A stretch of DNA of 64,000 nt from positions 722,792-786,791 of the forward strand of contig OY769938.1 in NCBI GenBank assembly GCA_963669295.1, given 5' to 3'. Each line of letters starts with the position of its first letter. The stretch's first letter is position 1. The position numbers and the translations under genes are program-made. Below the pieces are notes generated by a model. It was not told the origin of the DNA and did no database searches. It was given only the letters and a program-made list of their open reading frames with translations. Below, piece by piece: positions 10,629 through 21,110 of this stretch. The stretch comes from Flavobacteriales bacterium (GTDB taxonomy: Bacteria > Bacteroidota > Bacteroidia > Flavobacteriales_D > CALLUQ01).

Positions 10629-11072
10629 ATGGCAAAACAGCAACTACACCTCTCAAAACCCTGCATTGAAAACTGGAGTAAAATGACTCCCAACCAACAA
10701 GGGAGACATTGTGAACAATGCAATCTTACCGTAGTTGATTTCACGCAACATTCCAAAGAAGAAATCATTGAATTCTTTGAACAAAGAAAACATCAACATA
10801 TTTGTGGGCGTTATCAAAAAAAGCACATCGATCAAATTGCCTATAAGCATCAATTGGCGCAACTGTTTAAGATAACTCCATCCGTAAAAAACTACGCTTT
10901 ACTTCCTGTTAAGCTTGTTGTGGCTTGTTACCTGCTATTCATTACTTCGAGTTGCATGGGGGCACATGTTGCACAGCCAGCTACATACGACGTTAATGGC
11001 CCTTCTTCTTCCATAAAAAAAGTTGAATATATGCCTCCTCATGAATTGGATAACTCCGAAATAAATGGTTAA
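10629..11072 (+). CDS. hypothetical protein with an N-terminal Cys-rich (zinc-ribbon-like) module and one TM helix
   Basis: N-terminus CIENW..GRHCEQCNLTVVDF..ICGRY, followed by a hydrophobic helix LLPVKLVVACYLLFITSSC. Function unknown. Confidence 0.45.
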   Translation: MAKQQLHLSKPCIENWSKMTPNQQGRHCEQCNLTVVDFTQHSKEEIIEFFEQRKHQHICGRYQKKHIDQIAYKHQLAQLFKITPSVKNYALLPVKLVVACYLLFITSSCMGAHVAQPATYDVNGPSSSIKKVEYMPPHELDNSEING

Positions 11073-11178
11073 TTTATTCTCTTAAATACAAGGCCAATTA
11101 TTAAGGTGCCTAACTGCTAAAACTACTCTCCTCTCACAATTTTTCAATCTCCATTTACGTATTGTTAAAAAAAGAGCT

Positions 11179-11202
11179 ATTTGTTATGCATGCATAACAA
11201 AT
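11179..11202. promoter_or_regulatory. perfect 24-bp palindrome, candidate MarR operator
   Basis: ATTTGTTATGCA|TGCATAACAAAT is exactly self-complementary. It lies 5 nt upstream of a -7 box and 31 nt upstream of the MarR ATG. Confidence 0.5.
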
Positions 11203-11207
11203 TTTTC

Positions 11208-11215
11208 TATCTTTG
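11208..11215 (+). promoter_or_regulatory. Bacteroidota-type -7 promoter box (TAnnTTTG)
   Basis: TATCTTTG matches the TAnnTTTG consensus and lies 18 nt upstream of ATG 11234. Confidence 0.4.
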
Positions 11216-11233
11216 GAATTGAAAACAAATTCT

Positions 11234-11692
11234 ATGAAGCCAGAAGAAACCGTAGACTTTCATATCAGATGGGCATGGCACCGCATTGCACGCATGTACA
11301 ATGTAGAAGCTGCTAAACATGGGTTTTCCATGTCGGTGGGATATGTATTGCTCAACATCGATAAAGAAGGTACACCCTCTACTAAGCTAGGACCAAAAAT
11401 GGGCATGGAAGCCCGAAGTCTTACCCGCACGTTACGCACCATGGAAGAAGATGGTTTGGTAAAAAGGGTTCCCGATAAAACCGATAAGCGAATGGTGAGG
11501 GTATTTTTAACCGACAAGGGAAAAGAGAAGCGAGAAATTTCGCGTGATAAAGTCATCCAATTCAACCTGGCAGTTCAAAACCACATTCCGAAATCGAAGT
11601 TAAAAGTGTATTTCGAAGTGCTGGAACGCATGAACGAGTTTTTAGAAGACAACAACATTTTCGAAGAAGATTTGGCGAGCAAAAAGAACTAG
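11234..11692 (+). CDS. MarR family transcriptional regulator
   Basis: Size of about 150 aa with a winged-HTH region (LGPKMGMEARSLTRTLRTMEEDGLVKRVPDKTDKRMVRVFLTDKG) typical of MarR. ATG 11234 is preferred because the TTG at 11213 falls inside the -7 box. Confidence 0.8.
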   Translation: MKPEETVDFHIRWAWHRIARMYNVEAAKHGFSMSVGYVLLNIDKEGTPSTKLGPKMGMEARSLTRTLRTMEEDGLVKRVPDKTDKRMVRVFLTDKGKEKREISRDKVIQFNLAVQNHIPKSKLKVYFEVLERMNEFLEDNNIFEEDLASKKN

Positions 11693-11712
11693 CTCGCACA
11701 TTTTGTACAACC

Positions 11713-14118
11713 ATGAAAAGAAACATTCAAAAAGTTGCGGTACTGGGATCTGGGGTAATGGGATCGCGTATTGCATGCCATTGTGCCAACATAGGCCTGG
11801 AAGTATTATTGCTTGACATTGCTCCGAAAGAGGCCAATGAGAAAGAACAGGCAAAAGGGTTAACCGTAGAAGACAGTGCAGTACGCAATCGGATTGTGAA
11901 CGATGCACTGAAGTTTGCCTTAAAGTCTAACCCCTCCCCTATTTACCGAAAATCGTTTGCTGATAGAATCGCTACAGGAAACTTTGATGATGATTTATCG
12001 AAGATTGCCGATTGCGATTGGATCATTGAGGTGATTATTGAAAACCTGGACATTAAAAAAGGATTATTCGAAAAGGTAGAGCAGCACCGCAAACCCGGCA
12101 CACTCATTACTTCTAACACCTCAGGTATCCCTATTCATATGATGCTAGATGGAAGAAGTGAAGATTTCCAAAAGCATTTTTGTGGCACACACTTTTTCAA
12201 CCCTCCTCGGTATTTAAAGTTGTTGGAGATTATTCCTACTCCGAAAACCGACCCTGATGTGGTTGACTTTTTCATGGAATACGGCAGCAAGTACCTGGGA
12301 AAAACCACTGTACTCTGTAAAGATACGCCTGCATTTATCGCTAACCGGGTAGGCGTATACTCTATCATGGCATTGTTTCACCTGGTAGAAGAAATGGACC
12401 TTACGGTTGATGAGGTCGATAAGCTTTCGGGGCCTGTACTTGGGCGCCCAAAATCAGCTACTTTTCGCACCTGTGATGTAGTAGGACTTGACACGTTAGT
12501 GCACGTAGCCAATGGCGTACAACAAAATTGTCCGGATGACGAAGCCAATGCGTTGTTTGCCATTCCTGATTACATTTCGAAGATGGTAGCAAACAATTGG
12601 TTGGGAAGTAAAACCAAGCAAGGGTTTTATAAGAAGGTGAAAGACGAAAATGGCAAAAGCCAGATTCTTTCGTTGAACCTCAAAACCCTCGAATATGAGC
12701 CCAAGCAAAAAGTAAAATTTGCTACCCTCGATATGGCCAAGCCGGTAGAAGATTTGAATGAGCGAATTAAAGTATTGGCCAGCGGGCAGGATAAAGCAGG
12801 CGAATTTTATCGCAAAGCCTTTACCGGGTTGTTTCAATACGTATCGAACCGCATTCCTGAAATATCAGACGAGCTTTATAAAATTGACGACGCATTAAAA
12901 GCAGGATTTGCCTGGGAGCTAGGCCCTTTTGAAACCTGGGACTTGCTGGGTGTAGAAACCATTTTACAACAAATGGAAAAGGCCGATCGTAAGCCAGCGC
13001 AATGGGTATACGACATGGTAGCTTCTGGTGCTACTTCTTTCTATAAGATTGAAGATGGCATGCGTAAGTTTTACGACATTGGCACCCAATCTTATCAAAG
13101 CATTCCCGGTACAGAAGAACTCATTATGTTGGATGCCATTCGCAGTTCCAACACCATTTGGAAAAACTCCGACTGTACCATTACCGACCTAGGCGATGGC
13201 ATCATCAACCTTGAGTGGCAAACCAAGATGAATACCATTGGTGGTGGCGTAATTCAGGGGATCAATAAAGCACTCGATTTGGCCGAGGCTGAATACAAAG
13301 GGTTGATTCTTTCGAATGAAGGACAAAACTTTTCAGCGGGTGCCAATGTGGGCATGATCTTCATGATGGCAGTAGAACAAGAGTGGGAAGAACTCAACTT
13401 TGCCATACAAGCCTTTCAAAATACCATGATGCGCTTGCGGTACTCTTCCATCCCTGTTATTGCAGCTCCCCATGGACTTACGCTTGGCGGTGGTTGCGAA
13501 ATTTGCCTCCATGCCGATAAGGTTATTGCCAATGGTGAAACTTACATGGGACTCGTTGAGTTTGGTGTAGGCCTTATTCCTGGAGGCGGTGGTACCAAAG
13601 AATTTGCTGTGCGCTTCTCCGACTCGTTGCAAGAAGGCGATGTAGAAATAAATACGCTGCGCAACAAGTTCTTAACCGTAGGGCAAGCCAAAGTAGCCAC
13701 TTCAGGCTATGAAGCATTTGACCTGGGTTACTTACGAGAAGGACAAGATGAAGTAATCGTAAGCAAGGCACACCAATTGGCCTACGCCAAAGAAGCATGT
13801 ATGGCCATGGTAGACAAAGGGTATGTAGCCCCACTAGAGCGTACAGATATTAAAGTGCTCGGACAACAAGGCTTAGGCCTGGTATATGTGGGCGCCAACT
13901 CTATGCTTTCTGGCAACTACATTTCCGAACACGATCAGTACATTTCCGAGAAACTTGGCTTTGTGCTTTGCGGTGGCGACTTGTCGAAGCCCACCAAAGT
14001 TTCGGAACGCTACCTCCTTAAATTGGAGCGAGAAGCTTTCCTCGATTTATGCACCAAAAGGAAAACCCTGGAGCGCATTGAATCGATTGTAAAAACAGGT
14101 AGAATATTAAGGAACTAA
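11713..14118 (+). CDS. bifunctional 3-hydroxyacyl-CoA dehydrogenase / enoyl-CoA hydratase (FadB/FadJ-like, dehydrogenase domain N-terminal)
   Basis: N-terminal NAD fold VAVLGSGVMGSRIA with 3HCDH-like FFNPP. C-terminal crotonase-like region (FSAGANV, GLTLGGGCEICLHAD). Confidence 0.9.
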   Translation: MKRNIQKVAVLGSGVMGSRIACHCANIGLEVLLLDIAPKEANEKEQAKGLTVEDSAVRNRIVNDALKFALKSNPSPIYRKSFADRIATGNFDDDLSKIADCDWIIEVIIENLDIKKGLFEKVEQHRKPGTLITSNTSGIPIHMMLDGRSEDFQKHFCGTHFFNPPRYLKLLEIIPTPKTDPDVVDFFMEYGSKYLGKTTVLCKDTPAFIANRVGVYSIMALFHLVEEMDLTVDEVDKLSGPVLGRPKSATFRTCDVVGLDTLVHVANGVQQNCPDDEANALFAIPDYISKMVANNWLGSKTKQGFYKKVKDENGKSQILSLNLKTLEYEPKQKVKFATLDMAKPVEDLNERIKVLASGQDKAGEFYRKAFTGLFQYVSNRIPEISDELYKIDDALKAGFAWELGPFETWDLLGVETILQQMEKADRKPAQWVYDMVASGATSFYKIEDGMRKFYDIGTQSYQSIPGTEELIMLDAIRSSNTIWKNSDCTITDLGDGIINLEWQTKMNTIGGGVIQGINKALDLAEAEYKGLILSNEGQNFSAGANVGMIFMMAVEQEWEELNFAIQAFQNTMMRLRYSSIPVIAAPHGLTLGGGCEICLHADKVIANGETYMGLVEFGVGLIPGGGGTKEFAVRFSDSLQEGDVEINTLRNKFLTVGQAKVATSGYEAFDLGYLREGQDEVIVSKAHQLAYAKEACMAMVDKGYVAPLERTDIKVLGQQGLGLVYVGANSMLSGNYISEHDQYISEKLGFVLCGGDLSKPTKVSERYLLKLEREAFLDLCTKRKTLERIESIVKTGRILRN

Positions 14119-14136
14119 CGATATAAATACAACGCT

Positions 14137-15315
14137 ATGGACGCTTATATAATAGCAGGATATCGATCGGCAGTAGGAAAAGCCAAACGCGGTGGTTTTG
14201 GGTTCACCCGCCCCGATGATTTGGCAGCCGATGTGATTAAACACCTGATGAACGACCTCCCCCAATTGGATAAGGATCGTATTGACGACCTTATTGTTGG
14301 CAATGCAATGCCTGAGGCCGAGCAAGGATTAAATGTAGGGCGTTTAATCTCGCTGATGAGTTTAAACACCGACAAAGTGCCCGGAATGACTGTAAACCGT
14401 TATTGTTCTTCAGGGTTAGAAACCATTGCCATTGCTTCCAGCAAAATTCACGCAGGCCTCGACAATTGCATCATTGCAGGTGGCGTTGAATCGATGACTG
14501 CTATTCCGATGGGTGGATGGCGCATTGTTCCTAATGCTACTGTTGGTAAAGAACACCCTACCTGGTATTGGGGCATGGGGCTTACTGCAGAAGCCGTGGC
14601 TAAAGAGTTTGAGGTAAGCAGAGAAGATCAAGATGAATTTGCCTTTAACTCTCATCAAAAAGCCATTAAGGCTATTAGCGAAGGAAAATTTAAAGATGAA
14701 ATTAGTCCTATTAACATTGAGGAAGTGTACCTCGACAAGCAAGAAAAAAGGCAAACTCGTGAATATGTAGTAGACACTGATGAGGGACCACGAAAAGATA
14801 CCAACATTGAGGCACTGGCGCGGTTGAAACCTGTTTTTGCCCAGGGCGGTTCTGTTACTGCGGGCAACTCTTCTCAAACTTCAGATGGAGCTGCTTTTGT
14901 GATGGTAGTATCGGAAGCCATGCTGAAAGAACTGAATGTTGAGCCTATTGCACAATTGAAAAGCTACCACGTAGCCGGAGTAGACCCTCGCATTATGGGC
15001 ATTGGCCCTGTAGCTGCTATACCTGAAGCGGTAAAGAAGGCCGGGCTTACATTGAACGACATTGAACAAATAGAATTGAATGAAGCTTTTGCTTCACAAT
15101 CGTTAGCCGTAATACGCAAGCTTGGACTGAACCCCGACATTGTGAATGTAAACGGTGGTGCTATAGCCCTGGGACATCCATTGGGTTGTACTGGTGCCAA
15201 GTTATCGGTACAGTTGTTTAACGAAATGCGTCGTCGCAACCAAAAGTATGGTATGGTTACCATGTGCGTTGGAACCGGACAGGGAGCGGCAGGCGTTTAC
15301 GAATTATTGAACTAG
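14137..15315 (+). CDS. acetyl-CoA C-acyltransferase (thiolase)
   Basis: Active-site Cys context [10 protein letters not shown], plus NEAFA and C-terminal [15 protein letters not shown]. Confidence 0.95.
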   Translation: MDAYIIAGYRSAVGKAKRGGFGFTRPDDLAADVIKHLMNDLPQLDKDRIDDLIVGNAMPEAEQGLNVGRLISLMSLNTDKVPGMTVNRYCSSGLETIAIASSKIHAGLDNCIIAGGVESMTAIPMGGWRIVPNATVGKEHPTWYWGMGLTAEAVAKEFEVSREDQDEFAFNSHQKAIKAISEGKFKDEISPINIEEVYLDKQEKRQTREYVVDTDEGPRKDTNIEALARLKPVFAQGGSVTAGNSSQTSDGAAFVMVVSEAMLKELNVEPIAQLKSYHVAGVDPRIMGIGPVAAIPEAVKKAGLTLNDIEQIELNEAFASQSLAVIRKLGLNPDIVNVNGGAIALGHPLGCTGAKLSVQLFNEMRRRNQKYGMVTMCVGTGQGAAGVYELLN

Positions 15316-15333
15316 TAAATAAACATTAAGATA

Positions 15334-17127
15334 ATGTCTGAGACTACACAAAAACAAGCCATTAAGGGCGGCGAGTTTCTAATCCGAGAAACAGACGCCA
15401 ACGATATTTTCATTCCGGAAGAATGGACCGAAGAACAGCATATGATTCGACAAACCTGCATCGATTTTATTGAGCAGGAAGTTACTCCACACCTCGACCG
15501 CATTGATAGCCTTGAGGAAGGGTTAATGCCTTCGCTTATGGAAAAAGCTGGTGAGCTGGGCATGTTAGGCATGTCGGTACCTGCTGAGTTGGGTGGTATG
15601 GGTGTTGACTTTAAAACATCGATGTTGGCTACTGAAGCCGCAGGAACAGGGCATTCTTTTTCGGTGGCATTTGGAGCACATACCGGCATTGGCACCTTAC
15701 CTATCTTATACTATGGCAATGAGGAACAAAAGCAAAAATACATTCCCAAATTAGCTTCTGGCGAATGGAAAGCATGCTACTGCCTTACCGAGCCTGGCTC
15801 TGGATCGGATGCCAACTCAGGTAAAACCAAAGCTGCCCTTACCGAAGATGGTAAGCACTACATCATCAACGGGCAAAAAATGTGGATTACCAACGGAGGT
15901 TTTGCAGATGTTTTTACCGTATTCGCAAAAATTGACGACGACGAAAACCTCACTGCATTTATTGTAGAAAAAGGTGCAGAAGGATTGTCGTTGAACCCTG
16001 AGGAAAAGAAAATGGGTATTAAAGGCTCTTCTACCCGCCAGGTGTTTTTTAACAACGTAAAGATTCCAGTAGAAAACATGTTGTACGAGCGTGGCAAAGG
16101 GTTTAAGATTGCCATTAACATCCTCAACATTGGTCGTATTAAACTGGCTGGTGGAGTGATGGGAGGATGCAAAGCCACCATTACTGGAGCAATACAGTAT
16201 GCCAATGAGCGCGAACAGTTTGGTCGTCCTATTTCGAAATATGGAGCTATCCGTCATAAGTTAGGCGAAATGGCTATTCGTACCTATGCATTAGAATCTG
16301 CTACCTACCGTGCCAGTCAAAACATTGATGATGCCATTGAAGCGTTGATTGCCAGTGGCATGGATAAAAGTGAAGCAACACTAAAAGGCATCGAAGAGTT
16401 TGCTGCCGAATGTGCTGTACTCAAAATTAACGGATCAGAAGTACTGGATTACGTGGTAGATGAGGGTGTACAGATTCATGGTGGCATGGGCTACTCGGCC
16501 GAGTCGCGTGTAGAGCGCGCTTACCGCGACGCACGTATCAACCGCATTTTTGAAGGCACCAACGAAATCAATCGCATGCTTACGGTAGACATGATCTTGA
16601 AACGTGCCATGCGTGGACAATTGGACTTGATGGGGCCTGCCATGGCTGTAGCCAATGAATTGATGTCGATTCCCGATTTTGGTGAGCCAGATGATGCCTT
16701 GTTCGCTGCCGAGAAAAAATACATTCAAAACTTCAAAAAGTCCATTTTAATGGTAGCCGGCCAGGCAGCTCAAAAATTGATGATGCAATTGGCCAAAGAA
16801 CAAGAAATTTTGATGAATGTAGCCGACATGGCCATGGATGCCTATGTAGCTGAATCGGTTATGCTGAGGACAGAAAAAATGGTGCGTATGAAAGGGGAAG
16901 AAGCGTGTGCCGTGCAACTGGATATGATGCGTACCTTCATTAACGAAGCAGCCGACCGCATCAATAAGGCGGGACGTGATGCCATCAATGCTTTCATGGA
17001 AGGCGATGAGCAACGCATGATGTTAATGGGCATGAAGCGCTTTACCAAGGTGCAGCCATTAAATACAAAGGCTGCCCGACAAAATGTGGCTACCGCACTG
17101 ATTGAGGCCAATGAATATTGCTTTTAA
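15334..17127 (+). CDS. acyl-CoA dehydrogenase (long form with C-terminal extension)
   Basis: ACAD motifs CLTEPGSGSDA, WITNGG, QIHGGMGY and IFEGTNEINR. It is the third gene of the beta-oxidation operon. Confidence 0.9.
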   Translation: MSETTQKQAIKGGEFLIRETDANDIFIPEEWTEEQHMIRQTCIDFIEQEVTPHLDRIDSLEEGLMPSLMEKAGELGMLGMSVPAELGGMGVDFKTSMLATEAAGTGHSFSVAFGAHTGIGTLPILYYGNEEQKQKYIPKLASGEWKACYCLTEPGSGSDANSGKTKAALTEDGKHYIINGQKMWITNGGFADVFTVFAKIDDDENLTAFIVEKGAEGLSLNPEEKKMGIKGSSTRQVFFNNVKIPVENMLYERGKGFKIAINILNIGRIKLAGGVMGGCKATITGAIQYANEREQFGRPISKYGAIRHKLGEMAIRTYALESATYRASQNIDDAIEALIASGMDKSEATLKGIEEFAAECAVLKINGSEVLDYVVDEGVQIHGGMGYSAESRVERAYRDARINRIFEGTNEINRMLTVDMILKRAMRGQLDLMGPAMAVANELMSIPDFGEPDDALFAAEKKYIQNFKKSILMVAGQAAQKLMMQLAKEQEILMNVADMAMDAYVAESVMLRTEKMVRMKGEEACAVQLDMMRTFINEAADRINKAGRDAINAFMEGDEQRMMLMGMKRFTKVQPLNTKAARQNVATALIEANEYCF

Positions 17128-17148
17128 GTGATGATTGAAATAACAGAA

Positions 17149-17178
17149 AGAGGCGAGCTAAGTTCGCCTCTTTTTTTT
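17149..17178 (+). terminator. Rho-independent terminator of the beta-oxidation operon
   Basis: Stem AGAGGCGA / TCGCCTCT with a 7-nt loop, followed by a T8 run. Starts 22 nt after the stop codon. Confidence 0.7.
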
Positions 17179-17200
17179 GCCCTAACTTCAACTTTATAGC

Positions 17201-18025
17201 CTACCCTCCAACAATAAATGAAGTAGCTACTACCGTGCTGGTAAGCACAGCTCCATAGGTTGCTGTGGCCAAATCGTCAGTGGTTTCTTTGGCCATAATC
17301 ATTCCTGTTAAAAATCCCAATGCATCGGCAAGTGCTGCTCGATACACCGTGTTGTATTCAAAGGTTAAGCCCACAATGGGGTGCCACAGGTCTGTTTCGT
17401 CTTTGAGTGCTTCCGACCAGTATACACTGCTATGACGAACTATTTCGGCTACCCCTAAAATGGTGGCTTTATCCCATTCATCCATATCTATCCGCTGCAA
17501 CAACAATGCTTCGTAGCCAATCAGATCAAAATTCAATTTAGCTGGATTAGGAACAGTCACCAGCTTATGAATAATTTCTTGCATTAACACAGCTTGTAGC
17601 GGTGTAATGTCGGCTCGTTTTAGCAATTGGTAAACGATGGTTTTCAAGTGCTTTACCACAGCATCTGCTGCCTGATCCACCGTTTTAAAGGATGGAAGTT
17701 GCAATGGGTATACGCCCAATTTTCGCGCTTCTTGATCCAACAATTCAGAAGCAAGATTGTATACTCGCTCGCGGTAAAGGTTTGGAAACTCAACATCTTC
17801 AGCAATTTTGTTCAATACAAGAGTATGCAATGGGCCTACCAATTTTGTAGCAGTTTGAACATTGTTTGAAGCAACGGTACAATTACAGATTTCTGTCATA
17901 CGCAATAAAGGATTAATGGCTCCGTGTTTTGGGTTCATAAAATGTGGATCCACGATGATTAATTCACTAGTCGAAAATCGACTTACACGGAGTTTAAAAG
18001 TCTGACTGAATAGCGTTTTAATCAT
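17201..18025 (-). CDS. hypothetical protein with a hydrophobic C-terminal tail
   Basis: Long ORF with an ATG start, predicted mostly helical. C-terminal ATATYGAVLTSTVVATSFIVGG. No family recognised. Confidence 0.45.
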   Translation of the reverse strand: MIKTLFSQTFKLRVSRFSTSELIIVDPHFMNPKHGAINPLLRMTEICNCTVASNNVQTATKLVGPLHTLVLNKIAEDVEFPNLYRERVYNLASELLDQEARKLGVYPLQLPSFKTVDQAADAVVKHLKTIVYQLLKRADITPLQAVLMQEIIHKLVTVPNPAKLNFDLIGYEALLLQRIDMDEWDKATILGVAEIVRHSSVYWSEALKDETDLWHPIVGLTFEYNTVYRAALADALGFLTGMIMAKETTDDLATATYGAVLTSTVVATSFIVGG

Positions 18026-18196
18026 ACTATAATATACGAATAATTCTCCTTAAAAACAAGAAAGAATTACTAAAAATCAATAAAAAAACTCATTATTGCA
18101 GCCCACCTCCACCTCATTCGAAAAACGAATAATTAATTCTAATAAAGCATTCGTAAAACCGTATATCTTATAGTTTTTCCTATCTTAACTTTCGAA

Positions 18197-18973
18197 ATGT
18201 CGACAGAGGTTACGCATTGTGTGAATTGCCAGTCAGAGATCAGGGGCAACTACTGCCACGAATGTGGTGAAGTAGGACGCCCTAAACGAATTTCTTTGGG
18301 CATCTTACTGGAAGATTTCTTTTCCAACCTTTTTGCTTTGGAAGGGAGGTTATTGCGTACTTTAAAAGCCCTTACCCTACGCCCGGGCAACATGGGGCGC
18401 AATTATATTGAAGGCAACAGGAAGCAGTATTACAAGCCCTTTCAATACTTCCTTGTGGTGATTTTGATTGACTACCTGGCTTTTTACTTCTTCGTCGATT
18501 TCAATGCTTTTATAGACGACTGGCTGGCTTATATGAATGAGTCGCCCTACTTCGAGCAGATGGAACAAGATAAGGCCAGTGTACGACGTATTGTCGCAAA
18601 GATACAGGAGCACAAAAAATACCTCACCCTTGGGTTTATTCCGGGTATGACATTGGCTGCTGTACTGTTCTTCAGGAAATCGGGGTACAACTACACAGAA
18701 ACGTTTACCTTTTTCCTCTACTTGTATTCCCATTCGCTTTTATTGGCCCTACCACTTAGTGTATTTAACATGGCAGTAATTCCTATAGCCTACCAATCGG
18801 CTTTATCATCGTTGGTATTTGTTGGTACAGTGGTGTATTTTATATGGGCAATTGTAACGTTTTATCAACAAAAAGATGCGGTAGCTATTTTTAAAGCGCT
18901 AGGAGTTTACTTTTTAGGAGTCATCATCTTTGCTTTGATTGCAGGTTTAGCTATCCCTTTATTAATTCTCTAA
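18197..18973 (+). CDS. membrane protein with an N-terminal zinc ribbon (DUF3667-like)
   Basis: CVNCQSEIRGNYCHECGE at the N-terminus, followed by several TM helices. This architecture is recalled for DUF3667. Confidence 0.6.
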   Translation: MSTEVTHCVNCQSEIRGNYCHECGEVGRPKRISLGILLEDFFSNLFALEGRLLRTLKALTLRPGNMGRNYIEGNRKQYYKPFQYFLVVILIDYLAFYFFVDFNAFIDDWLAYMNESPYFEQMEQDKASVRRIVAKIQEHKKYLTLGFIPGMTLAAVLFFRKSGYNYTETFTFFLYLYSHSLLLALPLSVFNMAVIPIAYQSALSSLVFVGTVVYFIWAIVTFYQQKDAVAIFKALGVYFLGVIIFALIAGLAIPLLIL

Positions 18974-18975
18974 TC

Positions 18976-19350
18976 ATGGAAGAAAGAAATACCATCAATT
19001 GGTTTGAAATTCCAGTAACGGATTTTGAACGTGGGAAAAAGTTTTATGAAACAATTATGGCCATTGAAATGCCGGTAAATCAAATGGGCGATTACCTGAT
19101 GGGGTTTTTCCCTTCATTCAAAGGCAAGGTAAGTGGTGCCATTGTGCATGGCAAAGATTTTATTCCTTCAACCACTGGCCATCAATTGTACCTGAATTGC
19201 AATCCTGACTTACAGGAAGTATTGGGCCGTATAGAAGCTGCTGAGGGGCAAATTGTAACACCCAAAACAGTGATTACTCCTGAAATTGGTTACTTTGCTG
19301 TGATTATTGATAGCGAAGGCAACAAAATGTCTTTGCACTCACAACACTAG
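18976..19350 (+). CDS. VOC (glyoxalase/bleomycin-resistance fold) family protein
   Basis: 124 aa with WFEIPVTDFERGKKFY at the N-terminus and IIDSEGNKMSLH at the C-terminus, typical of small VOC proteins. Starts 2 nt after the upstream stop. Confidence 0.7.
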   Translation: MEERNTINWFEIPVTDFERGKKFYETIMAIEMPVNQMGDYLMGFFPSFKGKVSGAIVHGKDFIPSTTGHQLYLNCNPDLQEVLGRIEAAEGQIVTPKTVITPEIGYFAVIIDSEGNKMSLHSQH

Positions 19351-19353
19351 GCA

Positions 19354-20205
19354 TTGATCATACGATATTGTTTTGCGATTTTAGCTGGTGTGCTATTGGC
19401 ATCTTGTAACCCAGCCCCTCCCCTTCCCGACCAATCGGCACAGCGGTATTTATTTATGGCGCACTTGTATTCGCACTGCGAAAACAGGCAATGTGTAGAT
19501 GCCCGACTGGAAGGGTTTAACTTTGATGCTTACGACCTCCTTTTATTAGGAGGCGACCTTACCGTACAAACAACCAAAAAGGCCAGCAACCTTCCTTACC
19601 TGGATAGTATTTTTGATATCAGTGGTGCTAAAACGATGTGGGCCATTGGCAACCACGACTATCACCATCCCGAGTTTGTGGAAGCCTACTTAAACCGGCC
19701 ATTGTACTATGCACGCTATCATCAAGGCGTTACCTTTTTAGTGCTTGATTCCGAGCGCGATCAATGCAGCATCATTGGCCCACAGCTCAACCTTGTAAAA
19801 GCAGTAACCGACACCATTCAGCAATCCAGCCATTTAATCGTGCTTCAACACAAACTCACCTGGACATATAACCACGATGTTTTAGAGGCCATGGAGCCCA
19901 TTGCCAATGGGCCATTGGGCAACGACATTTGGAACACCAATCCCAACAATTTCAATGAGGTAGTTTACCCCTTACTTCAGCAAGTAAAAGAAAAGGGCAT
20001 TGAGGTGCTTTGCATTAGCGGTGATGTGGGCAACAGGGTTGATCAATTTGAATATCGAACCGAAGATGGCATTTGGTTTTTAGCTGCTGGCTTTAGCAAG
20101 TTTGATGATGCTGGCGATAAAGCCATGATCCTTTACCATCAACCGGCAGACGACACATTGTATTGGCGTTTTGAATTGCTCGACTCGCTGGTTGCTCGCC
20201 AGTGA
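19354..20205 (+). CDS. metallophosphoesterase-like lipoprotein
   Basis: Lipobox LLASCN; motifs LLGGDL, IGNHDYHH and VLQHK. Apparent TTG start, with no nearby ATG. Confidence 0.6.
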   Translation: MIIRYCFAILAGVLLASCNPAPPLPDQSAQRYLFMAHLYSHCENRQCVDARLEGFNFDAYDLLLLGGDLTVQTTKKASNLPYLDSIFDISGAKTMWAIGNHDYHHPEFVEAYLNRPLYYARYHQGVTFLVLDSERDQCSIIGPQLNLVKAVTDTIQQSSHLIVLQHKLTWTYNHDVLEAMEPIANGPLGNDIWNTNPNNFNEVVYPLLQQVKEKGIEVLCISGDVGNRVDQFEYRTEDGIWFLAAGFSKFDDAGDKAMILYHQPADDTLYWRFELLDSLVARQ

Positions 20206-20243
20206 AGGGATTTTGCTATCTTTAACCCACAACCTTTACAACC

Positions 20244-21107
20244 ATGTTACGACTGCTGCTACTCTGTTTACCGGGTTTTGCTTTTGCACAATCCGACACC
20301 GACATTTATTTGTTTGACGTTACTTCAACCAATGGTGCATTAAAATTCTCTGAAGCTACCAACATTACCCAACGGCCGGGCTACGACAACCAACCTCACT
20401 TTTCACCGGATGGGAAATTCATTTATTTCACTTCCATTCGAGAAGATGGACAGGCTGATATTTACCGATACGACATGGTTAAAATGTCGAACAAACGGCT
20501 TACCAACACAAATGAAAGCGAATACAGTCCCACTGTAATGCCCGACAAGAAACACTTTTCGGTGGTACGGGTAGAGGCCGACTCTACTCAACGGCTATGG
20601 AAGTTTCCGTTAGAAGGTGGTGCTCCATCGGTAGTGAATAAAAAGATTACTGCTATTGGTTACCATTGTTGGATGAGTGCCAAACAACTGGCCTTCTTTG
20701 TGATTGGTGATAAAAACACGTTGCAGGTAGCTGGTGTAAAAGACAAGGAAGGCATTCCTATTATCGACAATGTAGGTCGATGCATCCAAAAAATTCCGGG
20801 AGAAGATGCCATTAGCTTTGTTACCAAAGTAAACGATAACGATTGGTTGCTACAGCGCATGGAGATGAATACTCGCGATGTAAGCACTATAACCACTACC
20901 CTTCCTGGCTGTGAAGATTACACCTGGGGACCTAACGAAACTTTATGGATGGGGAAAGCCAACAAGCTGTATCGGTTTAAAGTTGGAGAAGACAAGTCGT
21001 GGCAGGAAGTTACTTCTTTTAACCATGCTGAAGTCACCAACATTACCCGCATTGCTATGGGGCCTTTTGGCAGGAAGATCGCTGTGGTTACCGACGAAAC
21101 GGAATAG
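20244..21107 (+). CDS. TolB-like / PD40 beta-propeller repeat protein
   Basis: Signal peptide. PD40-type repeats (YDNQPHFSPDGKFIYFTS, SEYSPTVMPDKKHF). Confidence 0.6.
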   Translation: MLRLLLLCLPGFAFAQSDTDIYLFDVTSTNGALKFSEATNITQRPGYDNQPHFSPDGKFIYFTSIREDGQADIYRYDMVKMSNKRLTNTNESEYSPTVMPDKKHFSVVRVEADSTQRLWKFPLEGGAPSVVNKKITAIGYHCWMSAKQLAFFVIGDKNTLQVAGVKDKEGIPIIDNVGRCIQKIPGEDAISFVTKVNDNDWLLQRMEMNTRDVSTITTTLPGCEDYTWGPNETLWMGKANKLYRFKVGEDKSWQEVTSFNHAEVTNITRIAMGPFGRKIAVVTDETE

Positions 21108-21110
21108 TTG

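Noticed and set aside
11713-14118. Dehydrogenase-first domain order of the FadB-like protein as a novelty
   Set aside because: An N-terminal 3-hydroxyacyl-CoA dehydrogenase with a C-terminal crotonase is a known arrangement in several bacterial lineages, so it is not unusual enough to report.
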